Below, in pieces: positions 1-13,300 of a stretch of DNA of 64,000 bases (its first letter is position 1; every line of letters starts with the position of its first letter). The notes under the pieces were generated by a model that made no database searches, was not told the origin of the DNA, and was given only the letters and a program-made list of their open reading frames with translations. The DNA is from Leucoraja erinacea. Its lineage: Eukaryota. The DNA is taken from NCBI RefSeq assembly GCF_028641065.1, contig NC_073389.1, forward strand, positions 5,456,001-5,520,000, given 5' to 3'. The position numbers and the translations under genes are program-made.

Positions 1-1347
1 GATTCAGTTGCATTTCTGTTTTGAATCGTCATGAGCCAGGATTTCCCAAAAGTCACAGATTACACATCCATCTTCTGGGTTGACCCCTCCAGAAAAGGGT
101 GGACATATTACCTTTATTCTCTGAGCTATCAGTCTTCTGCCTGCTGTGTTACTCAGTGCTGAAACATCCGAGGTTCCGGGCTGAGGACATCAGGCTTTGA
201 GAATAGAAGGAGAAAAAATGCATTGGGGCAATGATTCTATGTATTCTTCCAACAAAGGTGAGCATCGGATGGTGCAAGTTTGGATGAGAGTAGCCTTATG
301 GAGGGTGGAAGAGTGGATACCCGCAAAGAGAGGATTTGAATAATCAAGTTAGATGGGTTTTTTAACGGCAGAGAGAGCAATATTATAAAGCACTGAGATG
401 GAAATAGTCAGAGAGAAGGTTGAAGACCAGACTTTATGGTGGTGGAAGGCATGGGGCAATGGCTTTGCTTTTCCAAGTGCTTAATGGGAAATAGTTTTGT
501 ATTGTTATGATTTGGATATTACACATTTGGCCTGATTGAAATTGCATAGTTGAGAGCTGGAAAAAGTGGAGATGAGCTGGATGCCCGTTGGGGCCCAAGT
601 ACTATTGACTGTGGGCTATTATGTATTTTTGAAAGTGGCTTGGTCAGATACGGTAATGAATGGCTAAACTGACTGTGTCGCGGATATTCCCATTTGTATC
701 TGGGGAATGCTCGGGATGAGAGAGGATAGAAATTTGTACTGGGCCTGAAGCCAGGAAAAGTGTACGTGAGAAATAGCTGATTGAGAAATTGATAGTGTTG
801 GATTATTGCAGAGAATGGATGGCCAAAGGTCTGTTACAAGTGATATAGCAATAGTAGAAGGATGTGAGATTACAAATAATTAATAGGTGGTTTTGTCAGA
901 ATGGAAATAAAGAAACACGGTAAGGTGGAAGTGCTGCGTGGAATTAGCATGAATTGGGCAAAGAGAGTTGTTATGTTTTCCTTGAGGTTAAGGGTGTTGG
1001 GGGGGGGGGGGGGTTGCTGCAATTTGTGATGGTTAAACTCAAGCAAGTCAGTTCACATTGGTATCCCTTGAGCTTGGTTTTGCTAGTCAGTGCTTCAGCT
1101 GTGAACTTGGAAAGTAGAAATTGTGCTTTGAAGGTGAATGTGTGCTTTGTATGGATACCAAAATTTTCACAGCAAATTTTATGGGACCTGTTTGGAGTTA
1201 TACCACCTTCTGGAGTCCTTTAAGATAAATATTACAAGTTACATGCAATGTGACCAGCCAACATTTTTGTTGGTATGATATTGTGAATGGAATGAAAAAT
1301 CTTGATGATATTTCTTGCTCATAGTTTTATTTTGTTTTTAAATGCAG

Positions 1348-4300
1348 CTGTTTCATGCCAAGAACATCCACCAGACCTTCCAGCTTATATTTAATATCCT
1401 GGTCAATGGAGATGGAACACTGACCAGGAAATATGCTGTAGATCTTCTGGTGGATCTCCTTAAGAATCCCAAGATTGCAGATTTCCTCCAAAGGTAGAGT
1501 ATTCTTTGGTAGTGTTGTATGAAAACCATAAAAGCACATTTTGGTTGGGAAATAAATTATATCACATTCTCTTGGCTGCAGCTCCAAAATATTGGTACTG
1601 GATCTACTTATACAGAACTGGCCACCAGAATTATAAACCATTTAAACACAAACAGAATAAAATAGGAGCAGGAGTAGGCCAACTGGGCCCTCAAGCTTAC
1701 CCCGCCGTTCGATATGATCGCGGCTGGTCAGTATGACCATGGCTCTTCTATGCTGGATTCAACTACTTTTCTCTGCCAGTTCCCATAGCCCTCAATTCCC
1801 AGGTCCAGTTCCACCCTACTGTTGATTTCCGCTTCTCTTGTTGACTGCAGGTCCACAATTTCAAAACAGGCAGGAACAATCTTGGCAGATTAGTTCATAT
1901 TAAAACTGGTAATCTAATCTCTTCAAATGATAGCAGATTTATTTCTGTAAACCAGTATCTGTATTTCCTTGTTTCTATTTATTTGTTCAACCTTGGTATT
2001 ACTCATTTAAGACTGAAGACCAATCATGATTCATCCACAACAGCTAAATTATTGGTTGTGTGTGAAGTGATATCCCATTTATACCCTTTTCAGGTTTTGC
2101 TCAACTTCTTGGTTTGTGCTGATGAATCCGCCAGTGCGCTGAATAAATCATAATTGATCTGTATTGGTGACGGAAATTATATTTTATATTCTGCACTAGT
2201 AAGATGTAAAGCATTCTAGTGTGAAGAAGCATGAATTTTCAGAGTACAATGGAGCTTATTCCATGAAGCTTTGAATAGAGATTTAATTCTGCTTAATGGT
2301 GAAATAAATGAGGCCAAGAAAAACCTGAGCCTTGTTTTCTTTTTTAATTTTTTTCCTCTATTGGGTTTTCTAAAATTCGATCAATGTCTTCTATATTATT
2401 TCATTCTTTACTCGAGTGAAATCCAGGTTAGCCAGGAAGTGGTGTTAGGTAAATTGAATGGATTAAAGGCCGATAAATCCCCAGGGCCAGATAGGCTGCA
2501 TCCTAGAGTACTTAAGGAAGTAGCCCCAGAAATAGTGGATGCATTAGTGATAATTTTTCAAAACTCTTTAGATTCTGGAGTAGTTCCTGAGGATTGGAGG
2601 GTAGCTAATGTAATCCCTTTTTAAAAAGGGAGGGAGAGAGAAAATGGGGAATTACAGACCAGTTAGTCTAGCGTCGCTAGTGGGGAAACTGCTAGAATCA
2701 GTTATTAAAGATGGGATAGCAGCACATTTGGAAAGTGATGAAATCATTGGACAAAGTCAGCATGGATTTATGAAGGGTAATTCATGTCTGACGAATCTTA
2801 TAGAATTTTTCGAGGATGTAACTAGTAGAGTGGATAAGGGAGAACCAGTGGATGTGTTATATCTGAACTTTCAGAAGGCTTTCGACAAGGTCCCACATAA
2901 GAGATTAGTATACAAACTTAAAGCACACGGTATTGGGGGTTCAGTATTGATGTGGATAGAGAACTGGCTGGCAGACAGGAAGCAAAGAGTAGGAGTAAAC
3001 GGGTCCTTTTCACAATGGCAGGCAGTGACTAGTGGGGTACCGCAAGGCTCAGTTCTGGGACCCCAGCTATTTACGATATATATTAATGATTTGGACGAGG
3101 GAATTGAATGCAACATCTCCAAGTTTGCGGATGACACGAAGCTGGGGGGCAGTGTTAGCTGTGAGGAGGATGCTAGGAGGCTGCTTGGATAGGTTGGATA
3201 GACTTGGATAGGCTGGGTGAGAGGGCAAATGCATGGCAGATGCAGTATAATGTGGATAAATGTGAGGTTATCCACTTTGGTGTAAAAAACAGGAAAGTAG
3301 ATTATTATCTGAATGGTGGCCGATTAGGAAAGGGGGAGATGCAACGAGACCTGGGTGTCATGGTACACCAGTCATTAAAAGTAGGCATGCAGGTGCAGCA
3401 GGCAGTGAAGAAGGCGAATGGTATGTTAGCATTCATAGCAAAAGGATTTGAGTATAGGAGCAGGGAGATTCTACTGCAGTTGTACAGGGTCTTGGTGAGA
3501 CCACACCTGGAGTATTGCGTACAGTTTTGGTCTCCTAATCTGAGGAAATACATTCTTGCCATAGAGGGAGTACAGAGAAGGTTCACCAGACTGATTCCTG
3601 GGATATCAGGACTTTCATATGAAGAAAGACTGGATAGACTCGGTTTGTACTCGCTAGAATTTAGAAGATTGAGGGGGGATCTTATAGAAACTTACAAAAT
3701 TCTTAAGGGGTTGGACAGGCTAGATGCAGGAAGATTGTTCCCGATGTTGGGGAAGTCCAGAACAAGGGGGTCACAGTTTAAGGATAAGGGGGAAATCTTT
3801 TAGGACCGAGATGAGGAAAACATTTTTCACACAGAGAGTGGTGAATCTCTGGAATTCTCTGCCGCAGAAGGTAGTTGAGGCCCGTTCATTGGCTATATTT
3901 AAGAGGGAGTTAGATGTGGCCCTTGTGGCTTAAGGGATCAGGGGGTATGGAGAGAAGGCAGGTACAGGATACTGAGTTGGATGATCAGCCATGATCATAT
4001 TGAATGGCGGTGCAGGCTCGAAGGGCCGAATGGCCTACTCCTGCACCTATTTTCTATGTTTCTATGTTTCTATTCCAACCTCCTTTAATTTTTGCAGTTA
4101 AGCAAAACTGGTAGAGTTCTATTCATTATAGTTGGTGACGGCTAAGCTTCTTCCCTGCACTCAATAGTTTTCTCTCGCAATTGACCTCTAATCAGACATG
4201 GACCCAGCACATCACCATCTTTGTTTGCTGGAATGGTATGGCATCCTGCAAATGAGAAAGCTGCCTTCTCCCTTTCTGGCTTTCATATACCAGTGGAGTG

Positions 4301-7300
4301 AAGTATAATGCTATGGAAGTCCTAATGCAGAGGTGCCAAAACAAATTGGCGACTGCAATTTAAGACCTGAGAATATTTAATAAAAACTTATGGATCAAGT
4401 TATTTTCTCTCAACTTTTAGGTATGAACATTTCAAATCATGCCTATGTCAAGTGTTGTGTCTTCTTCGTGGTAAAGATTCAGATTCAGCAGCCAAGGTAT
4501 GCAATATTTAATTTATAGATGCCTCGCAAATATGAACATTTATAGTAAGAGTTGGAGACCTTGTTTAAGTAGAAGCCACAGAATCAAAAAGTTAAATTAA
4601 GACAATAATTAAACAGTTGTGATTTTTGATTTCGATCTGATGAATAGTGGCTCCAAGACAGAGTCTTATCAGTGCATAGTGCATGGACATGCTTTTATTT
4701 AGTACCTTCCTCTCACCTTGTTCCTTTGTATCAAACATATTGTAACACTGGGGCAAGACCTGAGGTGGCATTTTGAGTTTGGTCTGTGTTTCGAATCCAT
4801 TTGTTGTTGCCTGCTTCAAAACTTTATTTTGTCCAACAAAACATTTATTTTTTAAATGCCCCAGTATGTGTAACCTTCCTGCGGCTTTGAAGTTCCTTCC
4901 TCATTCTGCACAATCCTAGTGCACTGGCAAACTTGTTCATCATTATCCCTACATTTAAATCCAAGTCATTTAAAAATACCACAAAAATCAATACACTACT
5001 ATTAATCTTCAGAAGATTATGATAAACAGCCCATGTAGCTAAACTTTCCATTCACCTTTGCTTTCTCCCACTGAGGCACTCAATTTAAATTGTCACTTTT
5101 GCATGGATGCAATGGATTTTTTGTTAAGCTTGCCATGTAGTACCTCATAAAAATGGCTTATTAAAATCCATGTATGATAAATTGCTTCAAATATTCGACC
5201 TTCATTGATACTTGATGGCTCCCCAACTAAATTGCACAAGGCAAGCCAGATGAAATCTTCCTGTAACAAATCCTTAAACTGAATTTCCAAATAGTGATCT
5301 GCATTGTCCCTTGTAATCTTTTGTAAATATTTTCCCACTGCCCATGATAGACTCACTGTAGAATGTAGATCCTTTGTTTGTACATTTCTCCCATTTTAAC
5401 ATTAATACACGTGCAGCAAATGAGCTTTGCAAATTATCAACTTTGCTGTTTCTTCTTTTGCTTCTTTAGACAATTTGGGAAATGCTTTTTCCAGGCCTGG
5501 TGATTTATCAATTTTAAAAGACCCCTTAATTCTGTGTTTGAACTTGCTTTGGTCCAGTCAACAAAATTTAAAATGTGAAACATGATTTAAATGCAGCCAA
5601 TAAACCATTTACTATTAATTGAGGGAAAATGTAAAGGAAATGAGAAGGAATTTCTTTCGTCAGAGGGTGGTGAATCTGGAATTCATTGCCACGGACGGCT
5701 GTGGAGGCCAAGTCAGTAGATATTTTTAAGGTGGTGATTGACAGATATTTGATTAGTACGGGTGTCAGGGGTTATGGGGCGAAGGCAGGAGAATGGGGTT
5801 GAGAGGGAGATAGATCGGCCATGATTGAATGGCAGAGTAGACTTGATGGGCTGAATGGCCTTATTCTGCTCCTAGAACTTATAGAAGAAATTGCAGATGC
5901 TGGAAATCTGAAAGACCAAAGGCCAATTGTCAGTCATCTGAGCCGAGTTCTGATGAAGATCATTGACATTAAATATTGATTGTGCCGCGGGACAGGCAGC
6001 ATCTATGGAGAGAAGACACAATCAAAATTTAATGTCAATGATCTTCATCAGAACTCGTTTCAGATGACCGACAATTGGCCGGAAATGTTGACTCTGCTTC
6101 CCTCTCCAGACCTGCTGATTGTCTCAGCCTTCTTATGGCTCCTATGCAACATTTCTCTTCCACAGATCCTTGAATTGCTAGTTGCATTTTGCTCAGTGAA
6201 CAGTCTCAGGAGAATATTATGCCACACAATATTCGCAACATCTGAAGAACGAACCACCACAACTAAGCTCAAATCACAAATTCAACCTTCAGAGCCAATT
6301 ATTACTCTTATCCACTGGTCGAATCAACCACTTGAGAACCTTGAGAGGTGTTCAGTACTTGCTCTAGTTCTTCTCAAGGAGCTCTTTGAGGTAAATGAAC
6401 AATTAAGAATGGAATAAAAAATTAAAAGCTATTTGTATTTAGGATAATGGTTCACATTTTATCATACCCATAACTTTACTGGGATTTCAGTGTACGAAGG
6501 TTAACAAGAAAACACTGCCTAGATGTTGTAGACTAGAATTAAGCAACCACACCTAATAACGTTTCATTTCAAGATGGAGGGGTTAGATTAGACTGAGATA
6601 TTTTGCCATATTTTTAACGTTTCTCTGTGTGTGGAGAGGAGCATGAATAAAATGAAGCGGTACTTTGATGGCAGGACTTCATTAGCCTGCAAATAGCTTT
6701 GGGTTGAATAAGTGAACTGTATTTGGCTCCATGAAAGCAAATGACCAGTGTTTATACAGGCTGTTGCCATTGTCTGACAATGGAAGTAAACTCATAATTT
6801 AGGAAGTTATCTAAGTTTATCATTTAGAATAAATAAACTCATAGTTGCCGGACAGTAGTGTTTATGCTCTTCCAGTTATAATATGCCTACGCTCTATGTT
6901 ATTTAGAGGAGAATAATAGTTTGGCATTCTTGCCTGTTTGCTTTATTGCCATAGAGTATAATGTTTGGAATATCCCTATTTATGATATTATGAATGGGCA
7001 GCATGAACAGTGGATGACGTACGCTTTTTATCTTTACTAATTAAAGGTCTACATTGTCAGTGAAAACAAAGAAGCAAATGTCCACAGGCACGTTATTTAC
7101 ATTTTTAGCTTCCTGCTTGTGCGCTGCAAGGGTGAATGTTAGTGCCAAGATTAAATAGTATTTAAAAAGCAATCTTAAACTGGTAAACTCATCACCACTC
7201 ATTTGGTTACAATTTCAACATGGTAATTCGCATATCACTGTACCTTAATGGGTACACGTGACAATACAAGACCTTTGAACATTTCAATGTTGCTCTTCAT

Positions 7301-10300
7301 TGCATGATGAAGAAGTGATGCATTCAATTAGTATTGGAGTCATGGCTTCCCTCTTAGTGAGGAAATGCTCCGAGTTTCTTCACCGTGCTGGTGGAGATGA
7401 AGGTTAAGAACAATAGTTGAGGAATTTCAGAGGACACATGGCAGTGCAGAAAATAAATCAGATGGTATAAATAGATTTCAGAATGTTCTGTGATGCAATT
7501 ATATCTTGGCCTTAATGTTGTTCTGTTACTGAACATTGTTTATTGCATTGACTAGGAAATAATCGACAGCATCCTTTGGACCACAGTTGAACCATTTATG
7601 GAGCTGCTGTTTCCTGTTATCTTGGAGCAGTTACAGATTCAAGACCATACTTTAGAAGATGCTCTATTAAAAAAGAAATATGATCGGATTGCAAAGGCTC
7701 TTGATATTCTGCTGGATATCCTTTTTGGCTGGTAATCAGGAGCACCTTGTAAAGCAGCCGAATCTAAAGCAAAAGTCAATACATTTTGCAAGAGCTAGTG
7801 AAGTACTTTGTGTTATCATTTAAGCTTGAGGCATTTTAATTTCTTGGTGTTAAATTTAATAAGGTATCTTGGTTTGTAATTTAATAAGTACCAGGGAATG
7901 GCGATAATCTTTTGGTTCATTGTATTTCTACCAGACTGCAGGTGATATAATCAAAGGAGAGCTAATCAGGCTATTTAATGATGTAAATTGTACTCAGTGA
8001 TGGAGGAAGCGATCAGAGCTTTGTAGTTTCTCTTAACTATATTTACTGCTTTGTGGCGATGATACAGTAAAACTGCAGATTGCAAAGGTTCTCACTGCCA
8101 GAAATTGTATCTCAATTCTGGAGTATCAGTTTGCATACAATCGGATCGAAGTCGGTTACCGGACCAATGTAGCAGACGTGGAGCTATGGTAAGTGATTAG
8201 ATTGCCTTTTCCAAAAAAATACAAGTAAACACTTAAAATATGAAGTTGTTCTCTTGTGGAAGCTTTTTAAGTAATGATGCTATAATCCCATGATAGGAAG
8301 TTTGGTCATCACTTAAAACATATCTTGGACACTTCATATGATGCATGGTTGCTATAGGTTCACACCTGTTTTTTTGATCACACCATTAACTGGAAGGAAA
8401 TATTGTAGTTAAGTACACAGAATTTAAAATCTCTTTGGGATTTAAGATTTTAGGAAGGATTTACATGTTAGTTCTTTATAAATGTTTACAACCCCTAATT
8501 GGGTTGACAGAGGAAAAAAAATGGGGGAAATGTTTCCCGTGACACCTCGGTTATCGGAATTCTGAGTTCACATGATTGACATTTGAACCAAAGGGGACTG
8601 AACATACTCATTTGTTTTTTAAAACAATGGGTTTAATATACTGTGAAAAAATGGGAGAAGCAGATTCGGTAGTAGCTTTCCAAATTAAAAGGATAAGTAT
8701 GTTGGGATATTAAAAACCAGGGAAATAGAGAAATTAATTATTTAGCTTTAGTGCTGGGGAGAGGGGCCTGTGTGTCAGTTCATGATTCTCTGCAAATAAA
8801 CTATACAGCTGTATGGTTTCAAACTAAAGAGCGAGAAGCTATTATATCATTTTTGTTATGCTGGAGAAATGCAGCTTGTGCATTTATTTTAAATCAGATT
8901 TTTTTGCATGGTAAAGAAATTTAATTTGTGAGATTCCGTTTTCAAAATTGCTTCTGTGCAGTACTGATCTCTTTATGCACATCATCATTTATAACAAAAT
9001 TAAGAGAGGTACTTGATTGAACCTGAAATTAGCTTAAAGCATCTTTATAATTTTGTATTTATTTTCTCATACTCCTGCACGTTAACAGTCAAATAGGTAC
9101 AGATGTTGTCTTAAAGACTCTTACCGTAATGAGCAGAGTCAAACAGTTGGTGCCAAACATGGAAGCAAGCTTTTATAAAATTTTGCAGGTAAAAATTACG
9201 AGTGAATTTAAACTTGTACTTTGAAATGTCTTGTTTACATTTAACATGATCATTCGTGAACTACTTTGACAATGATTGTGATTTTCAGCAACCATTGTAG
9301 CTGATAACGATATTGGCTCAGATGTTGTGACCATTGGTGAATTGATGCTGCTTATGCTATGGCAGCTAAGAGTCATCAGCAAGCATTATGTCCTGTTGAG
9401 CGGGGGGGAAACAACAGAGCATCAAATTGAGTGTTTCTATGAAGATTCATCAGACTAAGTGAGAAAATGCAAATTAGAATATTTCATTCAAAATATGTGC
9501 AAACAATCAAACTAACAACACAATGTCAATTATTATTAACTTAGCCTTCTGCAGTCCACATTGCAGAGAGAGATGGATACTGGCCCGTTATGTGGTAACC
9601 TCTCAACATGTGGTAGCCTGAATGCCCCAGTGGAGAATGATATGGCCCAAACTGGTGTGCTTCCACATACTGTACCTACAATGGAATAAATCTTGCAGGT
9701 CCCAGCTTGCAGGTCCCAGCGCACAATTAGGGTGGCTGCAAATAACAATATCATTGTATAAGCAGATGGATCATACAAGGCACAGTTGAAGGTCAACTAT
9801 TGTAGCTAAAAGGCTCTCCCTCGCTGTTCATCTTTAATGTAGCCGAAATTCATTCTGGGATGAAACTGCATTCATGTATTTTCAGAGAAAACATTTGAAA
9901 TATTCCTCTTGTTTTTTTATAAAGTATCTTGATATTCAAAAATGTTTTCTTTTCTGTACCTTATAATAAGTCAGCGGTCTCTTAAACAGTTAATCTAATG
10001 CCCTTTTTTTTCCCCCTGGAGTTTTCTGTTCATTATCAAAGGTCACAGCCATCAATATGTTCTCATATTAGTATCTATTGTTTTCATTTTTCTTGGCTCC
10101 TATTTTAGCTATTGCATATGGTGATCATTTTAATAAGGAGGTACTTTAAAATTGTCAGTTACATTTTGCTATGAATATTTTGAATTCCTGCCTACTTTGC
10201 ACTTCTTTGGAAGAAATGAAGTAAAATTCTGAATTGTTGATCAAAAATGGTACCAAGCTTTGGCCTGGCTGCTTTTTATAGTTTTTCAAATGTTTTGCCC

Positions 10301-13300
10301 AGGACCAGCGGCTTACCTCAGCTTTGTCGTTTGCATTGTCGTCCGAGAACAGAGAGTATGTCCAGTTTGCGTTAAGGATTCTGTTCGAGGCAGCACCTTT
10401 GCCTGATTTTCCTGCAATGATGTAAGTGCTGCGATACCTCGTTTTATTGTTGGTTGCTAAGAATAGTTACTAACTGATACAAATACAGAGCATCAATATT
10501 TTAAGTACGGTGGATCAATAAATATATTGCTTCAGTTGTTGGGGTAATTTTGTGAGATAATGCCCCCTTTAAGATAGTGCATATGATAGTTGCACTGAAA
10601 AGTGCAATGACAGTAACATTGAATCTAATCTAATATGGGAATATTGTGCATGCAAGCAAACCATTTCCAGTAGTGAAAATCTGATTGTAATTTGGGAATC
10701 TAAATGTAGTTTTTTAATTGTCTAGAGAATAACAGAAAGCTAAGCATTTGCAATTGCTACTTAAAGTACACATTATAAATTCGATTCCTCTTTGAAAGCA
10801 AAGATTAAATAGTGCATGTTTTATAGTTACATACAGACCCTACAGAAATGAACCACAATACCTTAAAAAAAATCATGATTTCAAAATACAGTAAATCCTT
10901 GTTTGAATGGACCCCTTTGTAATAGATTGTGGTTATAGCGGACAGACCTGTCCATGCCACCCCCGGCTGACACCGCCCCCCCAGCTGCTTCCAACCCCAG
11001 CCCTGGCTGGCAAGGTGCACCAGTGAGCCCTTCTTCATCCACCGCACGGTATGTTGGTTGGCACAGCTGTTGCTGCGGCTCACATTGTAGCCCATGGAGA
11101 CAGTGCTTTCTGCAGGTTGCCGCCAGCGACAGGGTGCGCTCAGTCACTGCAACTCCTTCCCTTCAAACCAGCTGCTGCTTCTTCCTGTCAGCCCTCACTT
11201 TGTCCGCTCTCCATTCCACCGCTGCCGCCTCCTCCTCCTCCTCCCATCGCTCTCTCTGACCCCCCCCCCTCGCCTCCTCCTCCTCCCCCATCGCTCTCTC
11301 TGCCCCCCCCCCCCCGCCTCCTCCTCCTCCTCCTCCTCCCATCGCTCTCTTTCCCCCCTGCCCCTCCTCCCCTCCTCTCTTTGCCCCCGCCACCCTCCTC
11401 CTTGTCCCCCCCCCCCATACCCCTCGGATGTTTGGGGAGATATACAAGGCGAGAAGGTTCTTGATTTATAGCTTGGGGGGTATCAGTAATTGAAAAGAAT
11501 GGTCGGCCTGAGGAGACACGTAGGTCATGTAGATGAAGAGAATTTTTATTAAATAGAATACAAAAATATAATTACATTTTGAATTAAATTAATTTTCTGC
11601 AGTACAGGTGCACAACCTTTTATCTGAATTTCCAAATAACGAAAACCTCCGAATAGCGACATTTTTTCAGTCCTTGAAGAAAGGTCCTTGAAAACGTTCA
11701 CCGAGGGCGGCCCGCAGAGGTGACAGCGGAACCTCCGGTCGGTCCTCGAAGAAAGGGGAACTAAATCCCCATTCATAAAAGAGGTGAGAGTTATTGCGCG
11801 ACATACTCCACCTTGGATGTTTGGGGTAGATATACAAGGCAAGAAGGTTCTTGATTGTATAGCTCCCCGCTCATTGGGGGTATCAGTAATTGAAAGAGAA
11901 TGGTCGGACTGAGGAGACACGCAGGTCATATAGATGAAGAGAATTTTTATTAAATAGAATACAAAAATATAATTACATTTTGAATGTAATCAATTTTCTG
12001 CAGTATTTTACTTTCAACATTCACTTTCAATGAATTTCCTTCATATTAACATGGTAAATGTTGGATGTTATAGCCGTTATGTTTGGTCAATTTAAAACAT
12101 TATGTTTGGTCAATTGTTTAAAGTATTCTCATTGTGATTGGCTATATACACCCTCAGTAAAGAGCTGAGAGGATGGGTTTTACATTGACGCTGTTGTGAT
12201 TGTTTTAGGCTTGGGGAGAGCATTGCTGCCAATAACGCATGTAAGCAACAGAATGGTGATCACATAATGAAGAAAATTCCTGTGCAGCAGCATTCAGCAA
12301 ACTTTGTAACACCAAAATGTTCAAGCGCTGCCGATGCGAACAGATCAAATATTCACGAATTGATTGATAAGTTGCAATTAGGAACAGAGGTCTGTATACA
12401 CGTTGACTGGGTTTACACAATATACAATTATGATTACAATCAATGACGTGTATTTGATGGGACTAATTGCTGATTGATATTGGCATGTTTACTGGGTTCA
12501 TCTCTCAGTATGCTAGAGTGCAAGAAGTGTGTATCCAATGGTTTCAACCTAATAATGCAACCCTCTCATAAACCAGGAAACAGCCTCATGAACCTTGCAC
12601 ACTCCTTTAATAAACCAAAAATTCCATATGTTCTTCACAATCTTGTGAACATTTGTAATAAGACTTTGTCACTTTTATTCCCAAATCTCTTGTGCTAAAA
12701 GCTGGCCTAGTTCAGCAACCTTCCATGTGAAATCTTATTGAAATCATTTATTGAAGCTGCACATCCATTATTTCTGTATCCATGCTGGCACCATCATCAC
12801 CATCATCATCAACTTTAATTCAATTGTCAAACTTGATTTCCTTTATGTAAGACCATATTGACCATATAAGAACAAGGCAGATTATTTGAATGGTGTCAGA
12901 TTAAGAAAAGGCGAGGTGCAACAAGACCTGGGTGTCCTTGTACATCAGTCACTGAAAGTAAACATACAGGTACAGCAGGCAGTGAAGAAAGCTAATGGCA
13001 TGCTGGCCTTCATAGTGAGAGGAATTGAGTATAGGAGCAAGGAGGTCCTACTGCAGTTGTACAGGACCCTGGTAAGACTACACCTGGAGTATTGTGTGCA
13101 GTTTTGGTCTCCTAATTTGAGGACGACATTCTTGCTATTGAGGGGGTGCAGCGTAGGTTCACCAGGGATGGCAGGAGTGACATATGATGAAAGAATGGAT
13201 CGACTGGGCTTATATTCACTGGAATTTAGAAGGATGAGAGGTGATCTTATGGAAACATATACGATTCTTAAGGGATTGGACAGGCTAGATGCAGGAAACA

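Noticed and set aside
1851-1908. AG...GT-bounded segment in a CIP2A intron
   Set aside because: No similarity to CIP2A, and the flanking exons already join in frame.
2271-3933. Long RT-like ORFs here and at 34371-35693 and 46310-46759 as host genes
   Set aside because: They are frameshifted CR1 LINE ORF2 copies with typical 3' tails.
10954-11471. Pro/Gly-rich ORFs here and at 39279-40189 and 57600-58256
   Set aside because: They arise from low-complexity tracts and N gaps.
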